A stretch of DNA of 63,730 bases, the filler included, from a candidate division NPL-UPA2 bacterium Unc8 (GTDB taxonomy: Bacteria; NPL-UPA2): NCBI GenBank assembly GCA_003574845.1. It is 8 parts of 7 records of this genome, joined end to end, with 100 filler letters (N's around TTAATTAATTAA, not from the genome) between each part and the next. Parts side by side here need not be neighbours in the genome. Positions count along the whole stretch, not along the records: positions 15,527 to 24,748 come from NDHY01000019.1; positions 24,849 to 41,164 come from NDHY01000002.1; 6 more parts are not named here. The stretch is one strand, 5' to 3'. The translations under genes and the position numbers were made by a program. The notes beneath the pieces are model-generated. The model did no database searches. It saw only the letters and a list, made by a program, of their open reading frames with translations, and was not told the DNA's origin. Positions 20,189 through 29,608 of the stretch are shown here, in pieces. Each line of letters starts with the position of its first letter. The stretch's first letter is position 1.

Positions 20189-21400
20189 TTATTCTATTGG
20201 TCTTTCCTTCAATGGTTTAAAGGTTAAACCTGATTCTGGTCCAGGAAGAGATGCTACCGGCTCGGGCAGAAGAAACTGTCCGCTCTTTATCCACTCTTTC
20301 AGAATCTCAACGATCTCTTTTGCTTTTGGATAACTGGAAAATGAAGCCGTAGGGACCTCTTTGCTTTGTATCATAATCTTGCCACTCTTCAGTTGAGCAT
20401 AAGAGACTTCCCCTAACTCTACTTTTGGTTTTTCTCCATACGGATATTGTTTGCTGTAATCAACAACCGGCGCAAATATCTCTTCATCCTTTATGGCAGT
20501 ATAACGGGCAATCTCTTCATCTAAAATAGGAATAGGAATGCCTATTCCTATTGTCAAAGTCGCCCCATACCCGAGCATGCTTGCCCCTATGAGCCATTCG
20601 GGTTTCATCTGCTTTAAGTCTCCAATTACGGCTAATGTGCCTGCTGGAACACAGGGAACATCGTTATCCTTTCTTTTGGCGGTTGGATTATGTTGAGTTC
20701 CCTGCCAGGCCACATAGCCAATTCCGCCGCCAAGAAAAATCCTCGTGCCAATGCCAATAGTTTTGTATAAAGGGTCGTTCAGAAGCGGGGAGAGTTGACC
20801 GGCACTACAATAGTTAGCATTACCTAAATCAGGTTTTAAAACACCCATATAGGTATAGATGATTTTATCCGAAAGATTCACCGCTACATTGTAGTTCTGG
20901 TAAACATTTCTCGGATTAAAGAGCACCGCTTCGTTAACATCTTTAATGTTTATCCATGTTTCTAATTTCCTTCTCGGATAGCAGTCTGTACCATAAGCAG
21001 CTGCCGTAAGTTTAATGTCCTTACCGGCAACAAACTCTTCAATTACATGACCACCTCCATATTTGAACTCACCGGGATAAACTTTATTTCGAGGGTCATC
21101 ATCAGGCAGATGGGTACACCCCAAATAGATGTCCACAGCAGCAAAGCCGCAATAGGCAGGCACCTCATTTAAATAACAGGCTTCGCCACCAAGCTTTATC
21201 CTGGGATTAGCATGACCAATATTTACATACATTCCTGAGGAACACATGGGTCCGAATGTCCCGGTAGTTACTACATCCACCTCTTGAGCGGCTTTCTTTG
21301 CTCCCTTTTCCTCCACAATTTCAATCATTTCCTCGGCAGTTACTACAACTACTTGACCTCTTTTAATCTTGTCATTAATTTCGGCAATTGTTTTAGCCAT
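20189..21400 (-). CDS. DUF39 homocysteine biosynthesis protein (aspartate-semialdehyde sulfurtransferase-like)
   Basis: KTIAEINDKIK.G.VVVVTAEE, VDVVTTGTFGPMCSSG, YGTDCYPR, AGQLSPLLNDP; adjacent to the NIL-ferredoxin and UPF0280 genes. Confidence 0.9.
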   Translation of the reverse strand: MAKTIAEINDKIKRGQVVVVTAEEMIEIVEEKGAKKAAQEVDVVTTGTFGPMCSSGMYVNIGHANPRIKLGGEACYLNEVPAYCGFAAVDIYLGCTHLPDDDPRNKVYPGEFKYGGGHVIEEFVAGKDIKLTAAAYGTDCYPRRKLETWINIKDVNEAVLFNPRNVYQNYNVAVNLSDKIIYTYMGVLKPDLGNANYCSAGQLSPLLNDPLYKTIGIGTRIFLGGGIGYVAWQGTQHNPTAKRKDNDVPCVPAGTLAVIGDLKQMKPEWLIGASMLGYGATLTIGIGIPIPILDEEIARYTAIKDEEIFAPVVDYSKQYPYGEKPKVELGEVSYAQLKSGKIMIQSKEVPTASFSSYPKAKEIVEILKEWIKSGQFLLPEPVASLPGPESGLTFKPLKERPIE

Positions 21401-21521
21401 TTTATTTCCCTTCTCTTATCAAGTTAAAAACAATTTTCATAATTTCACCTTACCCAATTCTTGCCCCTCTCGAGGCCATCCATGATCCATAACATAACTA
21501 TCTCCTTATCAAAATCCCAAA

Positions 21522-22454
21522 TTAGTCACGGAATAAATCTGTGCTCAGATAACGCTCCCCTAAATCCGGAAGAATCACCACAACAAGCTTTCCCTTATTC
21601 TCCTTGCGTTTTCCTACCTCTATTGCTGCATGCACTGCTGCCCCAGAAGAAATTCCAGCAAATATTCCTTCTTCTTTAGCCAGACGCCTGGCGCATTCTT
21701 GAGCTTTTTCATTAGTTACTTTGATTACTTCATCAATAATTTTTGTGTTTAATATTTCAGGAATAAAACCGGCGCCGATTCCTTGAATCTTGTGAGAACC
21801 CGGCTCCCCTCCGGAAAGGACAGGAGAATCTGTTGGTTCAACGGCAATAGCTTTAAATGACGATTTTTTTATTTTTATTACTTCAGCCACACCGGTAATT
21901 GTCCCCCCGGTTCCTACTCCTGATATAAGAATATCTACTTTACCATCTGTATCCCGCCAGATTTCCAGGGCGGTAGTTTTGCGATGAACTTCAGGATTAG
22001 CAGGATTCTTAAACTGTTGAGGCATAAATGCCTTACGATTCTTTCTCGCAATTTCTTCTGCTTTCTTTATCGCTCCCTTCATCCCCTCGGTGCCAGGAGT
22101 AAGGACGATCTCAGCTCCGTAAGATTTTAGGATGTAGCGGCGCTCAGCGCTCATCGTCTCGGGCATGGTAAAGATACATCTGTAGCCTTTAACTGCACAG
22201 ACCATAGCTAAACCTATTCCAGTATTTCCTGATGTTGGTTCAATTATGGTTGAATTAGGAACAACTAATCCATTCTTTTCCGCATCTTCAATCATGGAAA
22301 GGCATATTCTATCCTTAACACTACCACCTGGATTAAAAGACTCTAATTTTGCTATAATCTGTGCTGAATCTTGCTCAATAATTTTATTAAGTTTTACCAT
22401 TGGTGTATTACCGATTAAATCTAAAATATTATTTGCAAATCTCACAACCACCAC
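21522..22454 (-). CDS. cysK: Cysteine synthase A
   Basis: [50 protein letters not shown]. Start may be GTG at 22445. Confidence 0.96.
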   Translation of the reverse strand: MVVVRFANNILDLIGNTPMVKLNKIIEQDSAQIIAKLESFNPGGSVKDRICLSMIEDAEKNGLVVPNSTIIEPTSGNTGIGLAMVCAVKGYRCIFTMPETMSAERRYILKSYGAEIVLTPGTEGMKGAIKKAEEIARKNRKAFMPQQFKNPANPEVHRKTTALEIWRDTDGKVDILISGVGTGGTITGVAEVIKIKKSSFKAIAVEPTDSPVLSGGEPGSHKIQGIGAGFIPEILNTKIIDEVIKVTNEKAQECARRLAKEEGIFAGISSGAAVHAAIEVGKRKENKGKLVVVILPDLGERYLSTDLFRD

Positions 22455-22600
22455 CTATATACATAAGCTCTAATTTATCATCAGATTTAAGCAAAGTCAC
22501 CTGAAACTTATCTTTTCTTATTATCTCATCATTTAATTCTACAGTAACAACTTCAGGTCTGAAACATTATACAGCTCTAAAATCTGTAGGAAATTTGTAA
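22429..22600 (-). pseudogene. ThiS/MoaD-like sulfur carrier remnant (frameshifted)
   Basis: 22560-22429 reads [43 protein letters not shown]. There is an in-frame stop just upstream; a plausible preceding part (ILELYNVS) is in another frame. Confidence 0.65.
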
Positions 22601-22658
22601 TGAAAATTTCTGCATTCTCCGTCGAGCTACACATTACATTTTTAATTAGGTTACTACC

Positions 22659-24203
22659 TTATCTTATTGGAGAAATATCATAACCCACCCCTACACCTCT
22701 TCCCACAAGCTGAGGAATGTAAGTATTAAAAGAAGCCTCACTCAAAGGATTTCTCCAAAGGTCAATTCTGTCCCCATCGGAGAGTCCCTCGTTCTGGACC
22801 AGGGGGCCAATGTCGCTTATCTGGTTACCTTCAAGCCAGAGCCCGGTCAGGTTGGTGAGGTTGGCAAGGGGCGAGAGGTCGCTTATCTGGTTCTTCCCAA
22901 GTCGGAGCCAGGTCAGATTAGTGAGGTCCGAGAGAGGGGAAATGTCGCTTATCTGGTTACCCGTAAGGACGAGACTGGTCAGGTTGGTGAGGTTGGCAAG
23001 GGGCGAGATGTCGCTTATCTGGTTACCTTCAAGCCAGAGACTGGCCAGATTGGTGAGGTTGGCAAGGGGCGAGAGGTCGCTTATCTGGTTCTTCCCAAGT
23101 CGGAGCCAGGTCAGATTGGTGAGGTTGGCAAGGAGCGAGAGGTCGCTTATCTGATTCCCCCCAAGCCAGAGACTGGCCAGATTGGTGAGGTTGGCAAGAG
23201 GCGAGATGTCGCTTATCTGGTTACCTGTAAGGGCGAGCCAGGTCAGATTGGTGAGGTTGGCAAGGGGCGAGAGGTCACTTATCTGATCCCCCCCAAGGTA
23301 GAGACTGGTCAGATTGGTGAGGTTGGCAAGGGGCGAGAGGTCGCTTATCTGGTTCTTCCCAAGTCGGAGCCAGGTCAGATTGGTGAGGTTGGCAAGGAGC
23401 GAGATGTCGTTTATCTGGTTACCCGTAAGGGTGAGACTGGCCAGATTAGTGAGGTCCGAGAGAGGGGAAATGTCGCTTATCTGGTTACCTTCAAGCCAGA
23501 GACTGGTCAGGTTGGTGAGGTTGGCAAGAGGAGAGATGTCACTTATCTGATTCCCCCCAAGCCAGAGACAGGTCAGGTTGGTGAGATTGGCAAGGGGCGA
23601 GATGTCACTTATCTGATTCAGCCTAAGCCGGAGCCAGGTCAGGTTGGTGAGGTTGGCAAGGGGCGAGAGGTCGTTTATCTGATTCCCCCCAAGCCAGAGA
23701 CTGGCCAGGTTGGTGAGGTTGGCAAGAGGCGAGAGGTCACTTATCTGGTTATCTTTAAGGTGGAGACTGGTCAGATTGGTGAGGTTGGCAAGAGGAGAGA
23801 GGTCGCTTATCTGGTTACCTTCAAGCCAGAGACTGGTCAGGTTGACGGCGTGTTCCAGGCCGGAGAGGTTAGAGATACGTTTTCCTGAAGCGCTGAACCT
23901 GGTAAGCTCTTCAAGGTCGGAACGGTAAATGTCTATATCGGGCTCTATTCCTAATGCCCTACGAATGGCTGCCTCAAGATTGGGGTCGGGGAAGGTTACC
24001 GGTACAAACTTAGCTTCTAAAGTTGAGGCTGTTGCTTCTGACTCTGCCAGGTTTGTTTGCAGGGCGGTAACATTTCCTTCCAGAGCAACTATTTCCGATT
24101 CAGCTTCTCTTAGCTTATCGGTCTGTTGCCAGAGAAAATACCCGGCAACAATAATCCCAATCATTAGAACGGTAATAACTGGAATGACTATCCGTTTATT
24201 CAT
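22659..24203 (-). CDS. Membrane-anchored internalin-like leucine-rich repeat protein
   Basis: N-terminal TM helix and coiled coil, VTFPDPNLEAAIR cap, then 16 x 22-aa LRR (LxxLxLxxNQISDxSPLANLTN). Confidence 0.92.
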   Translation of the reverse strand: MNKRIVIPVITVLMIGIIVAGYFLWQQTDKLREAESEIVALEGNVTALQTNLAESEATASTLEAKFVPVTFPDPNLEAAIRRALGIEPDIDIYRSDLEELTRFSASGKRISNLSGLEHAVNLTSLWLEGNQISDLSPLANLTNLTSLHLKDNQISDLSPLANLTNLASLWLGGNQINDLSPLANLTNLTWLRLRLNQISDISPLANLTNLTCLWLGGNQISDISPLANLTNLTSLWLEGNQISDISPLSDLTNLASLTLTGNQINDISLLANLTNLTWLRLGKNQISDLSPLANLTNLTSLYLGGDQISDLSPLANLTNLTWLALTGNQISDISPLANLTNLASLWLGGNQISDLSLLANLTNLTWLRLGKNQISDLSPLANLTNLASLWLEGNQISDISPLANLTNLTSLVLTGNQISDISPLSDLTNLTWLRLGKNQISDLSPLANLTNLTGLWLEGNQISDIGPLVQNEGLSDGDRIDLWRNPLSEASFNTYIPQLVGRGVGVGYDISPIR

Positions 24204-24353
24204 TATCTTCCCCTCCTTATTCTCACCCCAACCATTTTTGACTGATATGCTACTAAAAATTTCTGTGCCCTGCCATAGGAAAGTCTGAATCCTGTAATAA
24301 CCTCATCGGAAATCAAGATGCAACGCTTAGCCTCTTTGTATAAAATTTTTTAT

Positions 24354-24674
24354 TCATTTCAAGCAGTCATCTATTTTAGCCTTTAGTTCAGAGGAAGAAA
24401 CAGCTCCAACAATCCGTTCGGCTATTTCCACACCATTAAAGATTATTAGCGTTGGAATGCTCATAACCTCAAACTGCGATGCGATTAAAGTATTATTATC
24501 CACATTCAACTTGCCAACCTTAAGGCGCCCGTTATATTTCTCAGCCATCTCCTCTACAACTGGAGCGACCATTCTGCATGGCCCACACCAGGGTGCCCAG
24601 AAATCTACCAGGACGGGTAGAGTTGACTTGAGAACCTCTTTCTCGAAGTTTTTATCGGTTATCTCCTGAACCAT
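24354..24674 (-). CDS. trxA: Thioredoxin
   Basis: VLVDFWAPWCGPC, SIPTL. Confidence 0.97.
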   Translation of the reverse strand: MVQEITDKNFEKEVLKSTLPVLVDFWAPWCGPCRMVAPVVEEMAEKYNGRLKVGKLNVDNNTLIASQFEVMSIPTLIIFNGVEIAERIVGAVSSSELKAKIDDCLK

Positions 24675-24748
24675 TTAGCCATCTCCTTTTTTAACAGCTG
24701 TCAGCTATCAGCTATAACCGTTCAGAAACAATGTGCGATAAACATGCT

Positions 24749-24848
24749 NNNNNNNNNNNNNNNNNNNNNNNNNNNNNNNNNNNNNNNNNNNNTTAATTAA
24801 TTAANNNNNNNNNNNNNNNNNNNNNNNNNNNNNNNNNNNNNNNNNNNN
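24749..24848. other. Artificial contig linker
   Basis: N44-TTAATTAATTAA-N44. Confidence 0.98.
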
Positions 24849-24929
24849 GTTTCGAGTTTCGAGTTTCGAGTTTCGAGTATCAGCTCCTCTGTGCCTTTGT
24901 GCCTTCTCATCATTACCCCTTGAACCCTT

Positions 24930-26231
24930 TTATTTAAGTCCTAATTCCTCTAAGGTTTTTCCGCGAATTGTATCAGGTAGTCGGTATTTCCTGAATATCA
25001 AAAACCCAAGAAAAACGACTAGCCCAAATATGGGTCCAACCATTTGAATCCCAAGAAAATCTCCCGGGGCAACCCCTAAATGACCCAGGAAGCCGAAAAC
25101 AAGAGCGCCAAGGCCACCCCCAACCTTCATCATAAAAAAGTAGACGCTGAAATACATTCCCTCACGGCGTTCTCCTGTTTTCAATTCATCATAGTCAGTT
25201 ACATCCGATACAATGGCATTATGAAAAGCAAAGAGACCAGCCATTGGGATTATTATTAGCAAGAGGTATATCAGGCTCAAAGTGGCAGCCATAGGAAGTA
25301 TTCCCACGACAAAGTAGAACGGAGCGCCCACCGCTATTAAAATAAGGCAGAGAAGGAATGCTCTTTTTTTTCCATAGCGGTTACCCATCCAGCGCCAAAG
25401 GAAAAGAGCGGGAAACATAGCAATTGCAGGCACTCCTTGATACAGCATAACATCGCCTTCTGTCAAACCAAGGACAGCAGTGACGAAAAAAGGGAGAGAC
25501 ATCATCAATAGTCCAAATCCAAAATGGAGACATATTAGGGGTATCATAGAAAATAAAAACTGTTTGTTGCTGAGAGTTACCCTGAGAGCATCTTTTAGAT
25601 TAAGCCTTGTAACAGGACTTACCTGACGAGGTTTTTCCTTAATTCCAAGAAGAGCAATATAAAAAGCCCCCAGGACTATCAGTCCGAAAACTATCCCCAT
25701 AAGTGGATAGCCTGCTTTTTCAATAAGCGGCCCCGCAGTAGTAGTGGCAATGACTACGCCTATTGTGCCAAAAATAGCCATCCATATTGAGACACTTATT
25801 CTTTCATTAGATGTAGTAGCAAGTTCAGGGACGAGAGAACTATGAGGCACAGCCACAACGGTTATAAGGAAAAAGTGAAGGTTAACTATTAAAAAGAAGT
25901 AAATAGCAATACCTAATATCCCGAGCGGTGGAGGATTCCAGATGAGAAAAAAAGTAAGAGCAAGGAGAGGAGCTCCTGCAAGTATAAATGGAACTCGCCT
26001 TCCTCTTCTGTAAGTGGCGTTGTCACTCCAGAATCCAACCAACACATCAGTGAAAGCATCTATCACCCGTCCGGCGAAGAGAAGCCCCCCTATCAGCGCC
26101 ATCGGAAGAGCTGCTCTTCCACCCATAGGAGCAGCATAAAAAAAGACTAACCATGTAGCTATGACTATCCATTCAACATTTAAACCCAAAGACCCTTGAG
26201 CAAAAAATACCTGATCTCTTTTCCTAAACAT
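24930..26231 (-). CDS. MFS transporter, GPH (glycoside-pentoside-hexuronide) family
   Basis: RVIDAFTDVLVGFWSD....GRRVPF, DYDELKTGERREGMYF; about 12 TM segments. Confidence 0.9.
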   Translation of the reverse strand: MFRKRDQVFFAQGSLGLNVEWIVIATWLVFFYAAPMGGRAALPMALIGGLLFAGRVIDAFTDVLVGFWSDNATYRRGRRVPFILAGAPLLALTFFLIWNPPPLGILGIAIYFFLIVNLHFFLITVVAVPHSSLVPELATTSNERISVSIWMAIFGTIGVVIATTTAGPLIEKAGYPLMGIVFGLIVLGAFYIALLGIKEKPRQVSPVTRLNLKDALRVTLSNKQFLFSMIPLICLHFGFGLLMMSLPFFVTAVLGLTEGDVMLYQGVPAIAMFPALFLWRWMGNRYGKKRAFLLCLILIAVGAPFYFVVGILPMAATLSLIYLLLIIIPMAGLFAFHNAIVSDVTDYDELKTGERREGMYFSVYFFMMKVGGGLGALVFGFLGHLGVAPGDFLGIQMVGPIFGLVVFLGFLIFRKYRLPDTIRGKTLEELGLK

Positions 26232-26457
26232 CTCTCCTCGCTTTGTTCACGAAACCCATTAAAATAGTATTTTAGCTCTCATTACCTCTTTTTTATGCCA
26301 CAAGTACGAGACCTACCCATTGGGAACAGGGTATCTTGGCCGGGTCTGTTTCAGGCTACAGTTTACAGTTCACAGTTTACCTGTCTGCGAGCGCTCTCGC
26401 TCAGGCAGGCAGTTCTGAATTCTGACTCCTGTATTCTGACTTCTTGAATAGTTACCT

Positions 26458-28176
26458 TTAATCTAAATCTATGGGGTATTTACCTGCTGTCTGACAAACT
26501 CTGAGCATAGCTTGCATATTTCTGTAAGTCATATCTCTTGGAATCTCGCATCCTCCACTAAGCCAGAAACCACCACCCTTTGCTGCTGCCTTAATGGCTT
26601 TTATAGAGGCTTTTTCCACATCTTCTACAGAGCCTAAATGCAGGAGTCGGTTACAGTCCAGATTTCCCATAATCGTGATTCTGTCCCCGATAAGTTCTTT
26701 TGCCCACTTGAGATTTATCTGATAGTCAAAATTAACCACACCTCCAGGGGCTACCTCGGGCGCAAACGGGAGAGACTGAGGAACATTACCACAACAGTGA
26801 ATGAGAGGCAATGCCCCTGCCTCCGTTATTCTCCGATAGGCATCCTTCTGATAGGGATAACAGAATTCCTTGAACATCCCGGGCGACATCCAGTAGGAGG
26901 CAGGTTCCCCGGAGAATATAAGGTCAGCTCCAGCGGCGATTAATTGCTTTGCCATTGCAACTTCATATTCAACATACCATGCCAATATTTCATGCATAAG
27001 ACTAGGATCCGTCTTTGTAAGAAATATTGCTGCTGGATCTGCTCCTAACGCCAACATACTGCCCTGGAAAGGCCCTTCTGATGAGCCGATAACAGCGCAC
27101 TCATCGCCAAGCTCATCTTTTATTATTTTTACCGCCCTGGTTGTTTCAGCTGCCCTACCTATTCGCGCATAGTACTCTGGTTTTTCTTGCTTTAGTCTCT
27201 CAAAGTCTTCCCTGGCGGTGGCAAGCTTTATGGCTCCCTCTACAAGCCTGGGAACATCATCCTCCGGATACTCTACTTTTGCGCCAAGTGGTTCCGCAAA
27301 TCTACCTACATCAGAACATGTTGTAACCCCATCCCATCCAAACTCTCTCACTGCTTTTATCTGTGCCTCTGCCATTGCCTCACCCGATTTACAGAACTTT
27401 GAGTAGGGTATTCCAGCAAATTTTGCCGAAAAGGTCATGGAAAACGGCACTAAGGGAACCCGGTCTGGCTCCTTAAACTTGAGCGATGTTCTGATTCGCT
27501 CAATGGGAGTCATCTCAGAGACAATCTCCTCGGGAGCAGCTTTTTCCACAATAAATCTTTTAGCTGTTTCAACTATGCTTATAGCGTCTTTTGCATATGC
27601 GTCAAAACCGCATTCTCGGGCTATACTTCTATTTGCTGAGGGACCGGAGAGGATTGTTTTTACTTTTTGCCGTATGCCTAACCTGAAGAGTTCTTCCTCA
27701 AGTTCCTTGAGCCGATGAATCCGGTAGGACAAATACAAGCCCACAGTAATAATATCTGCATTCTCTATTTTAGCGCATTTCGCAATATGCTCGGGTGAAA
27801 CATCACTACCAGCATTAATAGCTTCAAAGCTTGCCGCTCTTAAATTTGCCAATACTAAATTTGTTCCTATCGTCCAGGGCCCGCACATTACCCCCAAAAC
27901 AACCTTGCCAATGGTTGATACTCCTTCTTCTTTCAGGTAGCTGGAGACAGATTCCATTCCAAATTGAAAGGCAGCTGCAGCCCAGGCAGTGTAATCTAAA
28001 TGCAATCCCTTGTTCCGATATAATCTGGTGATTCGGTTCATTCCCTCCGAAAGTCCATCAGTAACAATATCAGCTGCGGGAATTCCTTCTTTATGCGCTT
28101 CCTCTGTTAGTTCGGTAACCTTCACAACATCACCAGCAACCACACTCTTAGCCAATTCTTCCAATATCTTACTCAT
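26458..28176 (-). CDS. Fused corrinoid-protein-like domains + MtaA/UroD-family methyltransferase
   Basis: B12 cap and Rossmann-like domains (aa ~1-210), then EPDRVP, GPF, the zinc motif LIHCCGN, IMGNLD and SGGCEIP. Confidence 0.85.
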   Translation of the reverse strand: MSKILEELAKSVVAGDVVKVTELTEEAHKEGIPAADIVTDGLSEGMNRITRLYRNKGLHLDYTAWAAAAFQFGMESVSSYLKEEGVSTIGKVVLGVMCGPWTIGTNLVLANLRAASFEAINAGSDVSPEHIAKCAKIENADIITVGLYLSYRIHRLKELEEELFRLGIRQKVKTILSGPSANRSIARECGFDAYAKDAISIVETAKRFIVEKAAPEEIVSEMTPIERIRTSLKFKEPDRVPLVPFSMTFSAKFAGIPYSKFCKSGEAMAEAQIKAVREFGWDGVTTCSDVGRFAEPLGAKVEYPEDDVPRLVEGAIKLATAREDFERLKQEKPEYYARIGRAAETTRAVKIIKDELGDECAVIGSSEGPFQGSMLALGADPAAIFLTKTDPSLMHEILAWYVEYEVAMAKQLIAAGADLIFSGEPASYWMSPGMFKEFCYPYQKDAYRRITEAGALPLIHCCGNVPQSLPFAPEVAPGGVVNFDYQINLKWAKELIGDRITIMGNLDCNRLLHLGSVEDVEKASIKAIKAAAKGGGFWLSGGCEIPRDMTYRNMQAMLRVCQTAGKYPIDLD

Positions 28177-28241
28177 AACAACCCTCCATCCTAAACAGTC
28201 TACAGTTTACAGTTCACAGTTTACAGTTTACAGTTTACGGT

Positions 28242-28417
28242 GTAAGTATTCAGTGAACACGTTATTCTTGGTAGTCGCAGGCTTCAGCCTGCGCCGAAGT
28301 AACGCAACCTAAAGGTTGCGGCTACCTTCAAACCTGCTTTTATACGAAGTAACGCAACCTAAAGGTTGCGGCTACCTTCAAACCTGCTTTTATACCACGT
28401 CTTTACTGAATATTTAC
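28242..28417. mobile_element. MITE-like element, copy 3 (176 bp; internal 50 bp duplicated; no TSD)
   Basis: Same ends (GTAAGTATTCAG ... CTGAATATTTAC); the segment containing the right REP is duplicated; flanks differ. Confidence 0.88.
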
Positions 28418-28488
28418 TAGTTTTTTAATCTTCCTCCAACACCCAAGACCTAACACTTAACATACTACGTCCACAAAGGGGACTCTGG

Positions 28489-28608
28489 ATTCCCGCCTTC
28501 GCGGGAATGACAGTGTTAAGCCGGAATAACAATCTTAAGCCGGAATAACAATCTTAAGCCGGAATAACAATCTTAAGCCGGAATGACAGTGTTAAGCCGG
28601 AATGACAG
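28489..28608. repeat. ATTCCCGC-N4-GCGGGAAT palindrome followed by ~5.5 tandem 19-bp units
   Basis: Units GGAATGACAGTGTTAAGCC / GGAATAACAATCTTAAGCC start at 28504, 28523, 28542, 28561, 28580 and 28599 (partial). Confidence 0.88.
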
Positions 28609-28614
28609 GCGATG

Positions 28615-29088
28615 CTACCAGAAAGAAAGCTGGCGTGTCAAGCCTTTTTTTTCAAGAGTGACCACCCCTTTAGCAATGCCGGTAATCTCATATCCACCAA
28701 TTTTATCTCCTATGGTTAGAGCTTTACCATTTATGATGGCGCTTTTTTCAACCCCGAGAAAAATAGCTCCAAGATGGAGCCTGACATACCCGACTTCGGC
28801 GGCGGCAAGGAGAAATGGGTCGGGGCCCCAGCCCCGGGCATACCTTTTTCGCGCTTCCTTTAGTAATTGAGGGCAGAGAAAAACTTCCCCCACTACCGGG
28901 AGCGGCGCTACCGGCGCCAGAGGACGGACCTCGGGAAGAGCTGCTCTCTCAAACCCGAGCGGGAGCTCGGCCCCTCTCCTCTCCCCGGCAGGAAGAAGCA
29001 GAATAATCATCAAGAGAAGTACTCCCCCTCCTAAAAGAAAGAGAATTTTCTTTCCCTTGATACCGGCAATATCCTCGCGAAATCCCAT
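28615..29088 (-). CDS. PilP/GspB-like pilus or secretion accessory protein
   Basis: TM helix, W..DPF motif, L.AI......AIING....GD.I.GY.I..I....V.L; position in the operon. Confidence 0.6.
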   Translation of the reverse strand: MGFREDIAGIKGKKILFLLGGGVLLLMIILLLPAGERRGAELPLGFERAALPEVRPLAPVAPLPVVGEVFLCPQLLKEARKRYARGWGPDPFLLAAAEVGYVRLHLGAIFLGVEKSAIINGKALTIGDKIGGYEITGIAKGVVTLEKKGLTRQLSFW

Positions 29089-29098
29089 AATACCCTCT

Positions 29099-29608
29099 TT
29101 AGCCTATCCATCCGTCTATGCTCAGTTCGACTCTTAAGCCTCTGCCATCGGGGCATAACTTTATTATAGCATATCTTATTTTCAAAAGCAAATGAGAATT
29201 GTGAAGGTTCTCAATATAGGCGCCAAAAGAAGAAAATGAGGGGGCATTTACCGTCATCTCAAATCCCTGCCAGTTACCTTTAGCCTCCACGAGCCTGATT
29301 GGAGATATTTCCACTTCAGTGGCAAGTTTTAAGAGAGTATCCATGATGTGGAGCGGAGACCTTTTCATAAGATGCTCCTCTATCCCGAGGTGTTCTATCT
29401 TAAGGCTTAAGGCAGCAATCTCTTTCTCAATAAGAGGAGTTCTTCGGGCAGCAGCATGGAGAGCATCTATTTCTTTTTCAAGTCTAACTGATACGGCTCT
29501 TGAGGTTTTTATCTCCCTGGCTGCCGGGGTATAAACAAAGAGCCATACTACGGCTGTGGCACATAGCCCAATAACCATTAGAAGTAATTCTTTTTTAAGA
29601 TATCTCAC
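29099..29608 (-). CDS. PilO/GspM-like protein
   Basis: TM helix + coiled coil + ferredoxin-like tail; downstream of the PilM-PilN gene. Confidence 0.6.
   Translation of the reverse strand: MRYLKKELLLMVIGLCATAVVWLFVYTPAAREIKTSRAVSVRLEKEIDALHAAARRTPLIEKEIAALSLKIEHLGIEEHLMKRSPLHIMDTLLKLATEVEISPIRLVEAKGNWQGFEMTVNAPSFSSFGAYIENLHNSHLLLKIRYAIIKLCPDGRGLRVELSIDGWIG

Noticed and set aside
22790-23845. LRR variability as a diversity-generating retroelement target
   Set aside because: No reverse transcriptase or template repeat in the window, and differences are not adenine-specific.
22810-24288. Plus-strand repetitive ORFs (RLVRLARGERSLIW)
   Set aside because: Antisense shadows of the LRR gene.
26290-26360. 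Riboswitch between the methyltransferase and the MFS gene
   Set aside because: Weak possible pairing only; no recognisable cobalamin, SAM or other aptamer motif.
28504-28608. 19-bp array as a CRISPR
   Set aside because: Units are contiguous with no unique spacers, and there are no cas genes.
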